From: Gemmatales bacterium
GTDB lineage: Bacteria; Planctomycetota; Planctomycetia; Gemmatales; HRBIN36
Direction of reading: 5' to 3'
Assembly (NCBI GenBank): GCA_041640595.1
Contig: JBEPZY010000007.1
Location: 149,611 to 213,610 of the forward strand
DNA length: 64,000 bases
Within the stretch, counting starts at the first letter, position 1. Each line of letters opens with the position of its first letter. Shown here in pieces: positions 8,462 to 17,467 of the stretch. A program made the translations under genes and the position numbers. The notes beneath the pieces were generated by a model. The model made no database searches and was not told the DNA's origin. It worked only from the letters and a program-made list of their open reading frames with translations.

Positions 8462-9931
8462 TTATGAATGCTCAGGAATAGAACTGCTGGAGCATTCTGG
8501 TGGATTGGCTCGTTCAAGAACCAATGGCTTATCAATCGCAGCGAGATTTTCGACCTGGCCTCGAAGGTCTCCTGCATCCAGTGCAACGAGCGGACTTATT
8601 TCAATGGGCACGCGAACCTGACCTTGCGGTGTTCGGGGTACGGCTACACCGGCTTGCTCCAGCCAGCTGGCGTAGAGTTCGCTCAGGGCTGCGCGAACCG
8701 TCTCCGGAGAGTTTTCTCCGCTGGCATTTTTAAGCGGCTCAAACTCCTCACGACGGCTCGTTTCCACAATCAAAACACGTCTGGCCAGAGGCAAAACATC
8801 GAAGATAAACTGCTCCCACTTGACGGCGTTGGGCTCCTCTGGTTCGACAAGCTCGCCGGTATCCGAGAGGAACGGAACTTTCTTGATCGCGCCATGATAC
8901 GGTAAGACCGTCTTTTGCTCGATCAACCGCTGCAAAAAAGCCACACTAAACACATGGATGGCCGTATTGCCTGCGTCCAGCCAGAAGGAGCCGGTTGCAT
9001 CTCGTTTGCTTTGGTACTCGAGCGGGATCTCCGTGTATTCGACCAGATGATACCGGCCGCGGTACCGAATCACCTGGCCGAGTTTTTCCTGGGCGTGCCG
9101 GCGCCGCACTACTTTCACAGAAACGTCGGCATTGGCACGGATGTGCTGACCCAGAAACGGGGGGTCCGCGATTTTTACCAGTGGATTGTCCACTTGAAAG
9201 TAGAACAACCACCTGACGCCACGCTGCTGTATCTCTTCGAGGACACTGGCATCCCGCAGGGCAGCCAGGAATCCGCCATGTCCGTTTGGCCCCAGCGCCA
9301 AATGAAACTTGCTCCGCATCAGCAATCGGCCCGTATTTTTGTCGAGAGCTGGCAGGGTGCCCTGGCTGAAAAAGACCACCTGTTCCGGTGGAAGACCGAA
9401 ATAGCGATGCTCGGCAAACCAGCTGCGTGTAGCGGCATCGTTATCGGGACTGGTCATGATGTAAAATCGCAGTGGCACCTCGTAACGCTGGGACAAAGCA
9501 AGCACTTTTTCGGCGTGCACCTGGAATAAACTGCGATTGCTCACCGGGCCGATCGGGTACGTGCCTTTGGGGCCAGGATGACCCAGCCGGCTGCCATGAC
9601 CGCCAGCCACCAGGCAAATGGCCACCTCACCCTGCCGCAAGGCCCGTTCACCGATGGCGCTGGCTTGTTGTTCTTCTTCCCAGGCAGCAAAAGTTGTCGC
9701 CGGGCGTAACACTTCGGGAGGTTCGACCTCATTCCAGTCAAACGGGGCTGGCGTAGGCGTGGTTTGCCATTCGAGGAACAAACGCTGAAGTTCCGCCAGG
9801 TCAATACTCTCGATTTCTGCCGCGAGTTCTGTGCGCTCCTGTTCCGTTAACTCCGGCCACCAGCGCAGGACATGCTCCTGTCCAAACGGAGCAAGTTTTG
9901 CTCGCAATCGTTCGTAAAGCAGGTCGGCCAT
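8462..9931 (-). CDS. UDP-N-acetylhexosamine pyrophosphorylase, UDPGP type 1 (UAP1-like) family
   Basis: VAGGHGSRLG..GPKG, PNGHGG, FQVDNPL, VEYTE, KWEQFIFD and EFEPLKNA; start at MADLLYE. Confidence 0.92.
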   Translation of the reverse strand: MADLLYERLRAKLAPFGQEHVLRWWPELTEQERTELAAEIESIDLAELQRLFLEWQTTPTPAPFDWNEVEPPEVLRPATTFAAWEEEQQASAIGERALRQGEVAICLVAGGHGSRLGHPGPKGTYPIGPVSNRSLFQVHAEKVLALSQRYEVPLRFYIMTSPDNDAATRSWFAEHRYFGLPPEQVVFFSQGTLPALDKNTGRLLMRSKFHLALGPNGHGGFLAALRDASVLEEIQQRGVRWLFYFQVDNPLVKIADPPFLGQHIRANADVSVKVVRRRHAQEKLGQVIRYRGRYHLVEYTEIPLEYQSKRDATGSFWLDAGNTAIHVFSVAFLQRLIEQKTVLPYHGAIKKVPFLSDTGELVEPEEPNAVKWEQFIFDVLPLARRVLIVETSRREEFEPLKNASGENSPETVRAALSELYASWLEQAGVAVPRTPQGQVRVPIEISPLVALDAGDLRGQVENLAAIDKPLVLERANPPECSSSSIPEHS

Positions 9932-10184
9932 GGCTTGCGTCCCGGTTGCGTTGGCCCGACATTTCGCTAATTGCACGGGCGTTCTACGGGCGCAGTCCGA
10001 ATATCCCCTGGGGAATCTATCAAGTCTAGTGCATTTTTCGGCGCGAATATAGCCAACAAGGTTGTGTTCGCATGCTTCGAACGTTCGCACCTCAGCAATC
10101 CGAGGACTTTACCGGGAGACCGAGGCGGCGGACAAAAAGTGGTGCGGAGTCTTTGCTCGGCAACGGAATAGTAGCCTGTTTGTT

Positions 10185-11459
10185 TTAGGCATGGCGGACC
10201 GCCGGAATTGCTACCGATTGTTCGACGCGCGCGGATACCGCGCACACCGGCACAGCCGCATGTTCTTCCGCCCAGCTGGCTGCCAGATGGCAGGCGAGAC
10301 GGATGGTTCGCTCCAGAGCATCCACCTCGATCAAGCGCAGGTCATCTCGCAAGGTATGCAGATAAAAGGAGTATCCCACCACATCACCCAGGATGCTGAG
10401 GCTGGGTAATTTGCGACCAGCAAAAGGCTGATGGTCCATTCCTGCCCCCAGCACGTGTAACCGTGATGGATGCATACCGAGTTCGCGGGCCCGTTTCTCC
10501 GCCCAATCGAGGGTGGCTGGTGCACCTGAGAGATAGCAACGAGAGCCGGCCCCGACGCTTTCCAGGTTGATCAGTAACGTCGGCATTTCGTTCAACCAGT
10601 TGAGATGGTGTGCCAGAAAATGACGCGCTCCGTCCAGGTCGGTTTCTTCCGCGCTGGTGGCCACCCAGATTGCCTCGACCTGGCGAAGTGACGGGTGTTC
10701 CAGACGAATCTGCTGCTGCCAGAGTTGGGCCAGCGCAAGCAGTGCACCCACACCGGAAGCGTTGTCGAGTGCCCCAGGGCTGCGATTACCAGTGTAATTG
10801 GCCGCGAGTCCGGCCAGACACACAACAATTACCACCGTCAGGATCCAGGGATTGGGAGTTTCCGGCAGCCAGCTCGGCCATAACGGACTCAACCACCACG
10901 CCGTCAATCCCACCAAAGCCCAGGCACAAATCCACACGCTGGTTACCAGCGCCACCCGCAAACCCGTTGGCAAAACCTGCGACTTGGTGTCGTAGTGGGC
11001 CATGAAAACCACCCGCACCGCGGCCGTGGATCGGTTTCGCAAATAGCCGAGGACGTTTTCGCTCCAGGTGCTCGTTGGCAAGTTAGAGCGGCTCGATGGA
11101 GTGGTCAGGCGCCAGGGCTGGTTGACCAGCATCGTTACGCTCGCCCAGGCCAAAAGCGAAACCAGCGGATAAATGTCCAAAGCCAAAGCTCCGACGACGG
11201 CCAGGATTGCGCAGCCAGCAAATAACAACCGATGGTGCCATTCCCGAAAGCTCGCGAAAACCGGAAATTCCTCACGGCGAACCTGCAATCCGGCCTGCCG
11301 CATCTGCGCTTCGATGTAATCCGCGGCCCGGCGTTCGCCTTCAGTGCCGACTCGACGGGGATAACAAAGCTGCTGCACGTGTTGCTTTGCTAGTTCGCCA
11401 TAATTGCACAGCGTTTCAGTTCTCATCCTGTAGGTTCCCGATTCGGTATGCCAGCCCAT
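10185..11459 (-). CDS. Membrane-bound M28 family metallopeptidase
   Basis: MAHYDTK, PGALDNASG, SAEETDLDG, INLESVG, DHQPF and LHT..D; TM helices. Confidence 0.88.
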   Translation of the reverse strand: MGWHTESGTYRMRTETLCNYGELAKQHVQQLCYPRRVGTEGERRAADYIEAQMRQAGLQVRREEFPVFASFREWHHRLLFAGCAILAVVGALALDIYPLVSLLAWASVTMLVNQPWRLTTPSSRSNLPTSTWSENVLGYLRNRSTAAVRVVFMAHYDTKSQVLPTGLRVALVTSVWICAWALVGLTAWWLSPLWPSWLPETPNPWILTVVIVVCLAGLAANYTGNRSPGALDNASGVGALLALAQLWQQQIRLEHPSLRQVEAIWVATSAEETDLDGARHFLAHHLNWLNEMPTLLINLESVGAGSRCYLSGAPATLDWAEKRARELGMHPSRLHVLGAGMDHQPFAGRKLPSLSILGDVVGYSFYLHTLRDDLRLIEVDALERTIRLACHLAASWAEEHAAVPVCAVSARVEQSVAIPAVRHA

Positions 11460-11761
11460 GTTCTTTTACGAGCCGTAAACGTCTTTAGTATCGCTGGCGA
11501 GGATGCGTTTGGCAAGCCGAAAATGGCCGGCATCTGTCCCGGCCGAATTTTTCGCGCGTTTCTCAATCGCCGTGCAAATACTAAGCACCGTTTTCACCAT
11601 AGATGGGCGATTGCTTGAGTCTGAGGGCACGGGTCCAGGAATCAGGCGTGGGATGTTCAGGGTCGGGCAACGCGGATACTCCCATTTGCAAGTATCGCAC
11701 CAAATTCATAGCTCATGACCAGGCCTGGCTGAAAATTTAGCAAGAGCGTGAAAAATTTTTC

Positions 11762-11791
11762 TTGACGAGGTCGGGCCTTTTCCATAACAAT
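11762..11791 (+). promoter_or_regulatory. Putative sigma70-type promoter
   Basis: TTGACG, then 17-18 nt, then TAACAAT, preceded by the AT-rich tract GAAAAATTTTTC; lies upstream of the ORF at 11895. Confidence 0.35.
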
Positions 11792-11894
11792 GAACGCCAA
11801 ACTTAGGGCTCCTTGCCTTGCGCGCCGAAATTCGAGCCCTGTTTCGAATTGGTCGGAACAGGGTTTTTTGTTTTGGGAGAGGAATGAGGAACGG

Positions 11895-12515
11895 ATGAGA
11901 GCTATGCCAAGCAGCCTGAAAACATCTGGGAGCGACGCCCTGAATGGCCAGGCTCGGAGCATCACCAACGGTCACGCGAGCAATGCAGGAAACGGTTGGG
12001 ACGCGGCAAAATGGGTACCGCCAGTCCCGCCTCGCTTTCTGGTAGCGCTGTTCCGCCGCGACCCGAGCAAGGACACCCGTACAGACCGCCGTGTCTTTGA
12101 GGGTTATCAAATATGCTGGCCCGATGGCGAGCCAGCCAGCATCAGTTTGGAGCGTTTCTGCCAGCTGGGGTGCCGTTTGCTTGGTCTGGGTAAGCGCATG
12201 CAGGGTAAGGAAGAGCAGCTCGTCGAAATGGGAGTCTATCCGCTGCCGGAAGGTTTGGAAGCGCCCCTGACCCCAACGCCGCCCGGTGTCCGTTGCCGCA
12301 GGTTTTACCTGATGCGGGAAAATGGCCTGGCTCGCGTTTACTTCTTCAACGGTAGCCCGACTGAGGTCTGCTTCGATATCGAACACGATGATCCGCGAGT
12401 ATTGGAATGGATTGGCGCTTCAGACCTTCCGCTGGGGGAACAGCGGTGGTTTGACTTCACCGCTCGTACTCTGGAAGCCCCTTCTGAACAGCGCAACGGC
12501 CAGACCTCAGGGTAA
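11895..12515 (+). CDS. Hypothetical protein
   Basis: GAGGA RBS before ATG 11895; globular-looking sequence; no family recognised. Confidence 0.7.
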   Translation: MRAMPSSLKTSGSDALNGQARSITNGHASNAGNGWDAAKWVPPVPPRFLVALFRRDPSKDTRTDRRVFEGYQICWPDGEPASISLERFCQLGCRLLGLGKRMQGKEEQLVEMGVYPLPEGLEAPLTPTPPGVRCRRFYLMRENGLARVYFFNGSPTEVCFDIEHDDPRVLEWIGASDLPLGEQRWFDFTARTLEAPSEQRNGQTSG

Positions 12516-13600
12516 AGGACGAATGTCGCGCGCAGTTACGATTTCAGCCCGAAGGTCACCGCGATAAACCGGCCGGGTTCCGTACACTTCTACGCTTCTG
12601 TGGATCAAGGCTTGCCACTTTGCCGAATCCTGCCCAGACACGTAGCAGCGCAAGCGGCCCAGATGATCTTCCAGGTAGTAGAGTGGTTGGCCATGCTCGA
12701 AGTAGGCCGACCGGCGAAGAATACCGCATACGCGATAAGATGCGTCCATTTGATCGTTTTTCACTCCCGATGATGCCGTGCTGCCTGGTTTGTCGGTGTG
12801 AGTCGGCCTGTCCGGCAACGTAAAGCCGGGCGATGGGCTTTGAAACGCTGCGGGTTGAACGTGCTGAATATCCGGACGGTTATTTCGGGAGCCCATTCCC
12901 GTTCGCGTAAACGGATAAATTCCAGCCGATTCATGGCTTCCCAGCGCATGGAAGCATCGCCGACTTCGTTGAGTGCCTCGTAGAGTCGTTTGGCCTCGCG
13001 AAAGTCGCCGGTTTCACAACCACGCCGATAGGCTTGTTCAGCCTGCTGGCGAAGTTCGGCAAGGGGGATGCCCGTAACAGTTCGGGGCTGGGAACTCGAG
13101 TTTCCCTGGTGGACCAGGGGTTGTGATAATGCTATTGCTGACCTGGGGACATAGCGTTTTTCGCCAACTGGTTCAATGCGATAAACAGCCAACTCTTCTT
13201 GCCCCGCGATAATCCGCTCCTGGCCGAGAATTCGTACCAGGGTACCCGGTGCCAACCGGACCCCTTGCGTGCTGCATTTGGCTTCCATCTGACTTCCGAT
13301 GAATGTGCTCACGGACTCTTGCACAACGCCGACGGACGTTTCCCCGGGCACCGGTCGAATAGCCTTACAGGGAACGTAACTGAAACTGCCATCCGGGGGA
13401 CGAATGGCATAGAAGTCTCCTTCTTCGGCCAGCACGGTTACCGTCTGGCCTGGCTCGAGACTGGCGGTAGGGTAAAAAGGAGGGATGCTGCCGGGCCCGC
13501 TTTGTACCAGGACAGGGCGAATCACCGTGCCGATGGTTTGCGGCCATGCTGGGCTGGCCGTGATTAGCACCAGAATTGTGGCGACGACCCGTTTGCACAT
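12507..13600 (-). pseudogene. Exported SH3-like domain protein split by a frameshift near 12890-12900 (true pseudogene or sequence error)
   Basis: Signal peptide plus two SH3-like segments and a TPR-like helix pair in 13600-12900; a folded-looking C-terminal domain (GILRRSAY...YYLED..GRLRCYV...VEVYG...YRGDLR) continues in another frame (12896-12507). Confidence 0.7.
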
Positions 13601-13769
13601 ACGGTTTTCCCACTGTCATTCAGCTGTGCCTTCTATTTCTCATTCGGCATTTGGCCTGGTGATCGGTTTGGGCAACTAGTGTTGGAGTGCATATAATCGC
13701 TGACATTAGCCGTGCAAAGACCACGAGGCCTACGCGAATGCTTCAGGTCGCCGCAGCGGAGCAGCAGCG

Positions 13770-14468
13770 ATGCTGGATTTCACCTACGAAAGCATAGCCA
13801 GGATGATTGACCACTCGCTGTTACACCCAAAATTGACGGACGCCGAACTGGAGGCTGGTTGTTTGCTGGCACGCGAATATGGCGTGGCTTCCGTGTGTAT
13901 CAAGCCTTACGCTGTGCCACTGGCCAGTCGTATTTTGGCAGGTTCGTCTGTCGCCGTAGGTACCACCGTGGGCTTTCCTCACGGCGGACACGCTACTCTA
14001 ACCAAGGTGGTCGAAGCTGAGACAGCCATCCGTGACGGTGCCCGCGAACTCGACATGGTCGTCAATATCGGCAAAGTCCTTAGCCGCGACTGGGATTATG
14101 TTCGCCGAGATATTGCGGCGGTGGTCGAGGCTGCCCACGCGCTGGGGGCGATCGTCAAGGTGATCTTCGAAAATTCGTTCCTTCAGGACGAACATAAGAT
14201 TCGACTTTGCGAAATTTGCGGCGAAGTAGGTGCGGACTTTGTCAAGACTGCGACCGGTTACGGCGAAGGTGGTGCTACGGATGAAGATTTGCGTCTGATG
14301 CGTCAACATAGCCCGCCGCATGTGCAGGTAAAAGCAGCGGGGGGAATCCGTACGCTGGACCGTCTTCTGGCAGTGCGTGCCTTAGGAGTAACGCGTGTCG
14401 GCGCGACCGCGACCAAAGCGATCCTCGATGAGTGCAAACTTCGCCTCGCCGCTGCCCAGTCAGGTTGA
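13770..14468 (+). CDS. deoC: Deoxyribose-phosphate aldolase
   Basis: IDHSLL, VGFPHG, ELDMVVNIG, VKVIFE, ADFVKTATG and VKAAGGIR. Confidence 0.96.
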   Translation: MLDFTYESIARMIDHSLLHPKLTDAELEAGCLLAREYGVASVCIKPYAVPLASRILAGSSVAVGTTVGFPHGGHATLTKVVEAETAIRDGARELDMVVNIGKVLSRDWDYVRRDIAAVVEAAHALGAIVKVIFENSFLQDEHKIRLCEICGEVGADFVKTATGYGEGGATDEDLRLMRQHSPPHVQVKAAGGIRTLDRLLAVRALGVTRVGATATKAILDECKLRLAAAQSG

Positions 14469-15188
14469 AGGCTGCCATACTTCGTCTCGTTAGCCGTGGT
14501 TGAAACATGCTCACAGAACTGCTGCGTCAGATGCGGGGCGTGGTAGTAATGTTCCTCTACCCCGGTAGGATGTTCCAGGAAGGCATGGGAACCCTTTTAC
14601 TGGGACCGCTGCGACCTGCAAGGTTTGTATTCGTACTTACGCCCAACTTCGCCCGAATCTTTTTCTTGGCACCGCTGCGATTCGGAGCACGGCCAGTAAG
14701 AGTTTTTGAGTTGCCGCCTGGTGATGCGTGGCTGCGGTTGAGTTGGTTTCGCTGGGCCAGGCCTTCGCCAAATCTTCGCTAGTTGGAACAGGCGGCACGG
14801 CTGCGGATGTTGATGGCCCGCGTTTTGCTATCCTGGTTGCCAATGCAGCCAGGCGGCAACGCGAGTTTAGCCGTAGCAAAGTCGGTTTGCGGGGGCATGC
14901 TGGTCTCAGCCGAACCGCGCACCTGTTCCCGGTGGGCAGACGGACGCGGCTTTGCGTTGGTGAATCAGAGAATAGCGCAGCCCCTTCGGTTCTGTAACGG
15001 TCTTGTAACTATGCCGCAGCTGGGCAGTAGCTTCGGGAACCGACGCATAGCGCAGTCCTCTTTGCCCGTGCAGCGCTGAACCTGGTCGGCATCTCCGCTT
15101 CGATTACGCAAGCGGGTTCGCGGGCATTTGTTGCGCGGCAGGCAACCGACAAAAGAGTCGCCAGCCAGTTCAGTTCGAGAGAACGCTG

Positions 15189-17396
15189 TTACAAGCCGAC
15201 GTTGAAAGTGGTGGCCAGGTATCGGCGAATGCGCCAGTACAGGGTGTAATTGCCAACCTCAATTTTGACCCGCCCCAGGACGCCGGGATGCATGCAATCC
15301 TCCACCTCGTCAAACCGGACACTCACCAGATAATGTTGCCGTTGCGGTCGCAACACTTTTTCCTCCGGGTCTTCCTGGGTAGGGATTTCGCCGCCGGCTT
15401 TGTTGCTCAGTTGTGGTGGAACGTCCTTGGCTTCGACGGCGGCAATTTCAGAGACCGTGCCACGCCAGTAGTTGTACCCCAGACCGTGCAAGCGAATCCA
15501 GGCCTTCTGGCCTTCGACGACCAGTGCCCGGTCGTGTGGCTCGACCAGGAGAACTGCCGACAGGGCACGGTCATTAATCACTTCGCAAATCAAGGTGCCT
15601 GGTTCGAGCAACTTGCCCAGTTGCGAACGGGGCAAAAGCTGAGCGATTTTGCCATCGCGCGGGGCCCGGACAACCAAACGTTCCAGGCGGATCTGCAGTT
15701 CTTTTCTCTCCTGTTCGAGTTGTGCCAGTTCGTCCTCGATGCGTGCTTGCTCTTGTTGCAGGAGGTTGGTCAGCAGCGGTTGAATAAACCGCTGAGCCAG
15801 CACACTGTACAATTGTTGCCGGTAGGCCTCCCGCGAAGCCTGGTTGAGAGCGAGTTTGCTGAGTAACTCAGGGTTTTTCAGTCGGGCGATGATGTCGCCT
15901 CGCTGCACCTGCTGGCCGTCTTCCACGCAAATCTCATCCAGAAACGCTCCCTCTTCCGGAGCTACAACCTTCGCCCGGGCGTGGGGTTCAACCTGAACCA
16001 GGGCCAGCCCTTTCACTCGCAACGGAAAGGGTATGAGGAAAACGGCCAGGATAGCCGCTACGGCGACCGCAACGCTGATAGTTACCCGCAGTGGTTTCAT
16101 ATCCGGCAACCTCCCTCGCCGTTTCACGGCACGAATCAGCCGGTAGGTTGGATAACCTACCAGACTGGCCAGCGCTCCGGTTCCCAGAATGAAGCTGATT
16201 ACCCCAAGTTTATATGGCTTCAGGAAAGTGTACATGAATACGAGAATGACGAACGTTACGAACCAGCGGTACAGGTAGCTGACGATGGCGTAGGTAACGA
16301 ACAGGATTTTGCGGCCGAGATTCATCTGGTACGGTTCAGGAGGCACGTCAATGCCGAGGCAATATTGCATCGCCAGGTTGGTCAAATAACGGTTGGAACG
16401 TTCGCGCAGATTCGGGATTTCCAGCCAGTCAGCAAGCACATAGTAACCGTCGAAACGCATCAGCGGATTGCCATTGAAAACCACGGTGCTGATGCTGCAC
16501 AGCACCATAATGGTGAGGCAAAGGTTACTCAAAAATGTGTTTGGTTCGGACCACCACCACAGGTAGGTACACAGTGCGGCGATCATGACTTCGACGTAGA
16601 TGCCTGCCGCACCGATGATCATGCGATGCCATTTGTTCGGCAACAACCACGCGTCGGTAACGTTGCAATACAGGCAGGGGGAAAAACACAGGAACAAAAA
16701 CCCCATTTCGTGCACTTCGCCTCCGTAGTGCTTGCAGCTCAAACCGTGTCCGAACTCGTGAATGACCTTAATCACCCCAAGCGACGCCCAGGCATAGAGG
16801 ACTGTCTTGAAGCTGAAAAATTCGTGGTAAGCCGGCAGGCGGCTCAGAAAAGTATCCCAGTGCGAGGCCACCAGCAAAATGGCCGACAAGACGAATAAAA
16901 CACTGAACACAAAAAACGGCGTGGTAAAAATAAAACGCACATACGGTAACATCCGATCCAAAAGCCGATCCGGGTCAATCACCGGTATTTGGATGTACAG
17001 GATGTTCGTAAGGATTCGCAGTAAAGTGGCCCGGCGACGTTTGCGGTAGCGCGTGAACATGGTGCGACCGGAGCCGGGCATATCATTGAGTGCCAGGCCG
17101 GTCTCCATCAACTGGCTGGCAAACTGTTCGAGTTCTTCCAGGGTCAACCGCTGCGGGCGATAACGGGCTTCAAACAACTGGCGAGCATCTTCCAGGGTGT
17201 GCTGGCCATCCATGAGCCGCATCAAGAAATATTCCGGCTCGCGGAAACGGTAATATCGCAGGCTCACAGGGTCTTTGACGACATAATAGATGCGGCCTTC
17301 GTAACGCTGTTCGGTGATCACCAGGTCCGGCCGGAGCTTGACCCGTACCAGCTTGCGGCGTTCGACTTCGTTGACAGCTGCGGGTGTGCTGCTCAT
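15189..17396 (-). CDS. PqqD/RRE-like domain + M50 site-2 zinc protease + HlyD-type membrane fusion protein
   Basis: N-terminal VVKDP...YYRF...LMDGQHTLE...LEQFASQLMETGL; HEFGH (16746-16760) and NPLMRFDG; lipoyl-like VEDGQQVQRGD, coiled hairpin, VRAPRDG and PGVLGRVKI. Confidence 0.9.
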   Translation of the reverse strand: MSSTPAAVNEVERRKLVRVKLRPDLVITEQRYEGRIYYVVKDPVSLRYYRFREPEYFLMRLMDGQHTLEDARQLFEARYRPQRLTLEELEQFASQLMETGLALNDMPGSGRTMFTRYRKRRRATLLRILTNILYIQIPVIDPDRLLDRMLPYVRFIFTTPFFVFSVLFVLSAILLVASHWDTFLSRLPAYHEFFSFKTVLYAWASLGVIKVIHEFGHGLSCKHYGGEVHEMGFLFLCFSPCLYCNVTDAWLLPNKWHRMIIGAAGIYVEVMIAALCTYLWWWSEPNTFLSNLCLTIMVLCSISTVVFNGNPLMRFDGYYVLADWLEIPNLRERSNRYLTNLAMQYCLGIDVPPEPYQMNLGRKILFVTYAIVSYLYRWFVTFVILVFMYTFLKPYKLGVISFILGTGALASLVGYPTYRLIRAVKRRGRLPDMKPLRVTISVAVAVAAILAVFLIPFPLRVKGLALVQVEPHARAKVVAPEEGAFLDEICVEDGQQVQRGDIIARLKNPELLSKLALNQASREAYRQQLYSVLAQRFIQPLLTNLLQQEQARIEDELAQLEQERKELQIRLERLVVRAPRDGKIAQLLPRSQLGKLLEPGTLICEVINDRALSAVLLVEPHDRALVVEGQKAWIRLHGLGYNYWRGTVSEIAAVEAKDVPPQLSNKAGGEIPTQEDPEEKVLRPQRQHYLVSVRFDEVEDCMHPGVLGRVKIEVGNYTLYWRIRRYLATTFNVGL

Positions 17397-17467
17397 ATCG
17401 GTTTAGACTGGCTTGCGATAATCACAAAAGGCTCGCTGGTTCGGCACCAAAGCTGGCGATCGGTGCC

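Noticed and set aside
9932..10090. N-terminal extensions in the ORF track (also 7248-7364, 22012-22170, 29807-30007, 41604-41810, 41770-41943)
   Set aside because: Downstream starts fit the family N-termini and mostly have clearer RBSs; the extensions look non-coding.
14470..15188. ~700-bp gap between convergent deoC and the M50-MFP gene with several short ORFs (e.g. 14507-14782 +, 14637-14879 -); considered as a precursor-peptide site for the RRE
   Set aside because: No convincing RBS, leader motif or family signature; ORFs on both strands look like chance.
15981..16898. Long antisense ORFs (also 22582-23304, 23914-24822, 27223-28167, 37380-38015, 11706-12386)
   Set aside because: They shadow well-supported genes on the opposite strand, as expected in GC-rich coding DNA.
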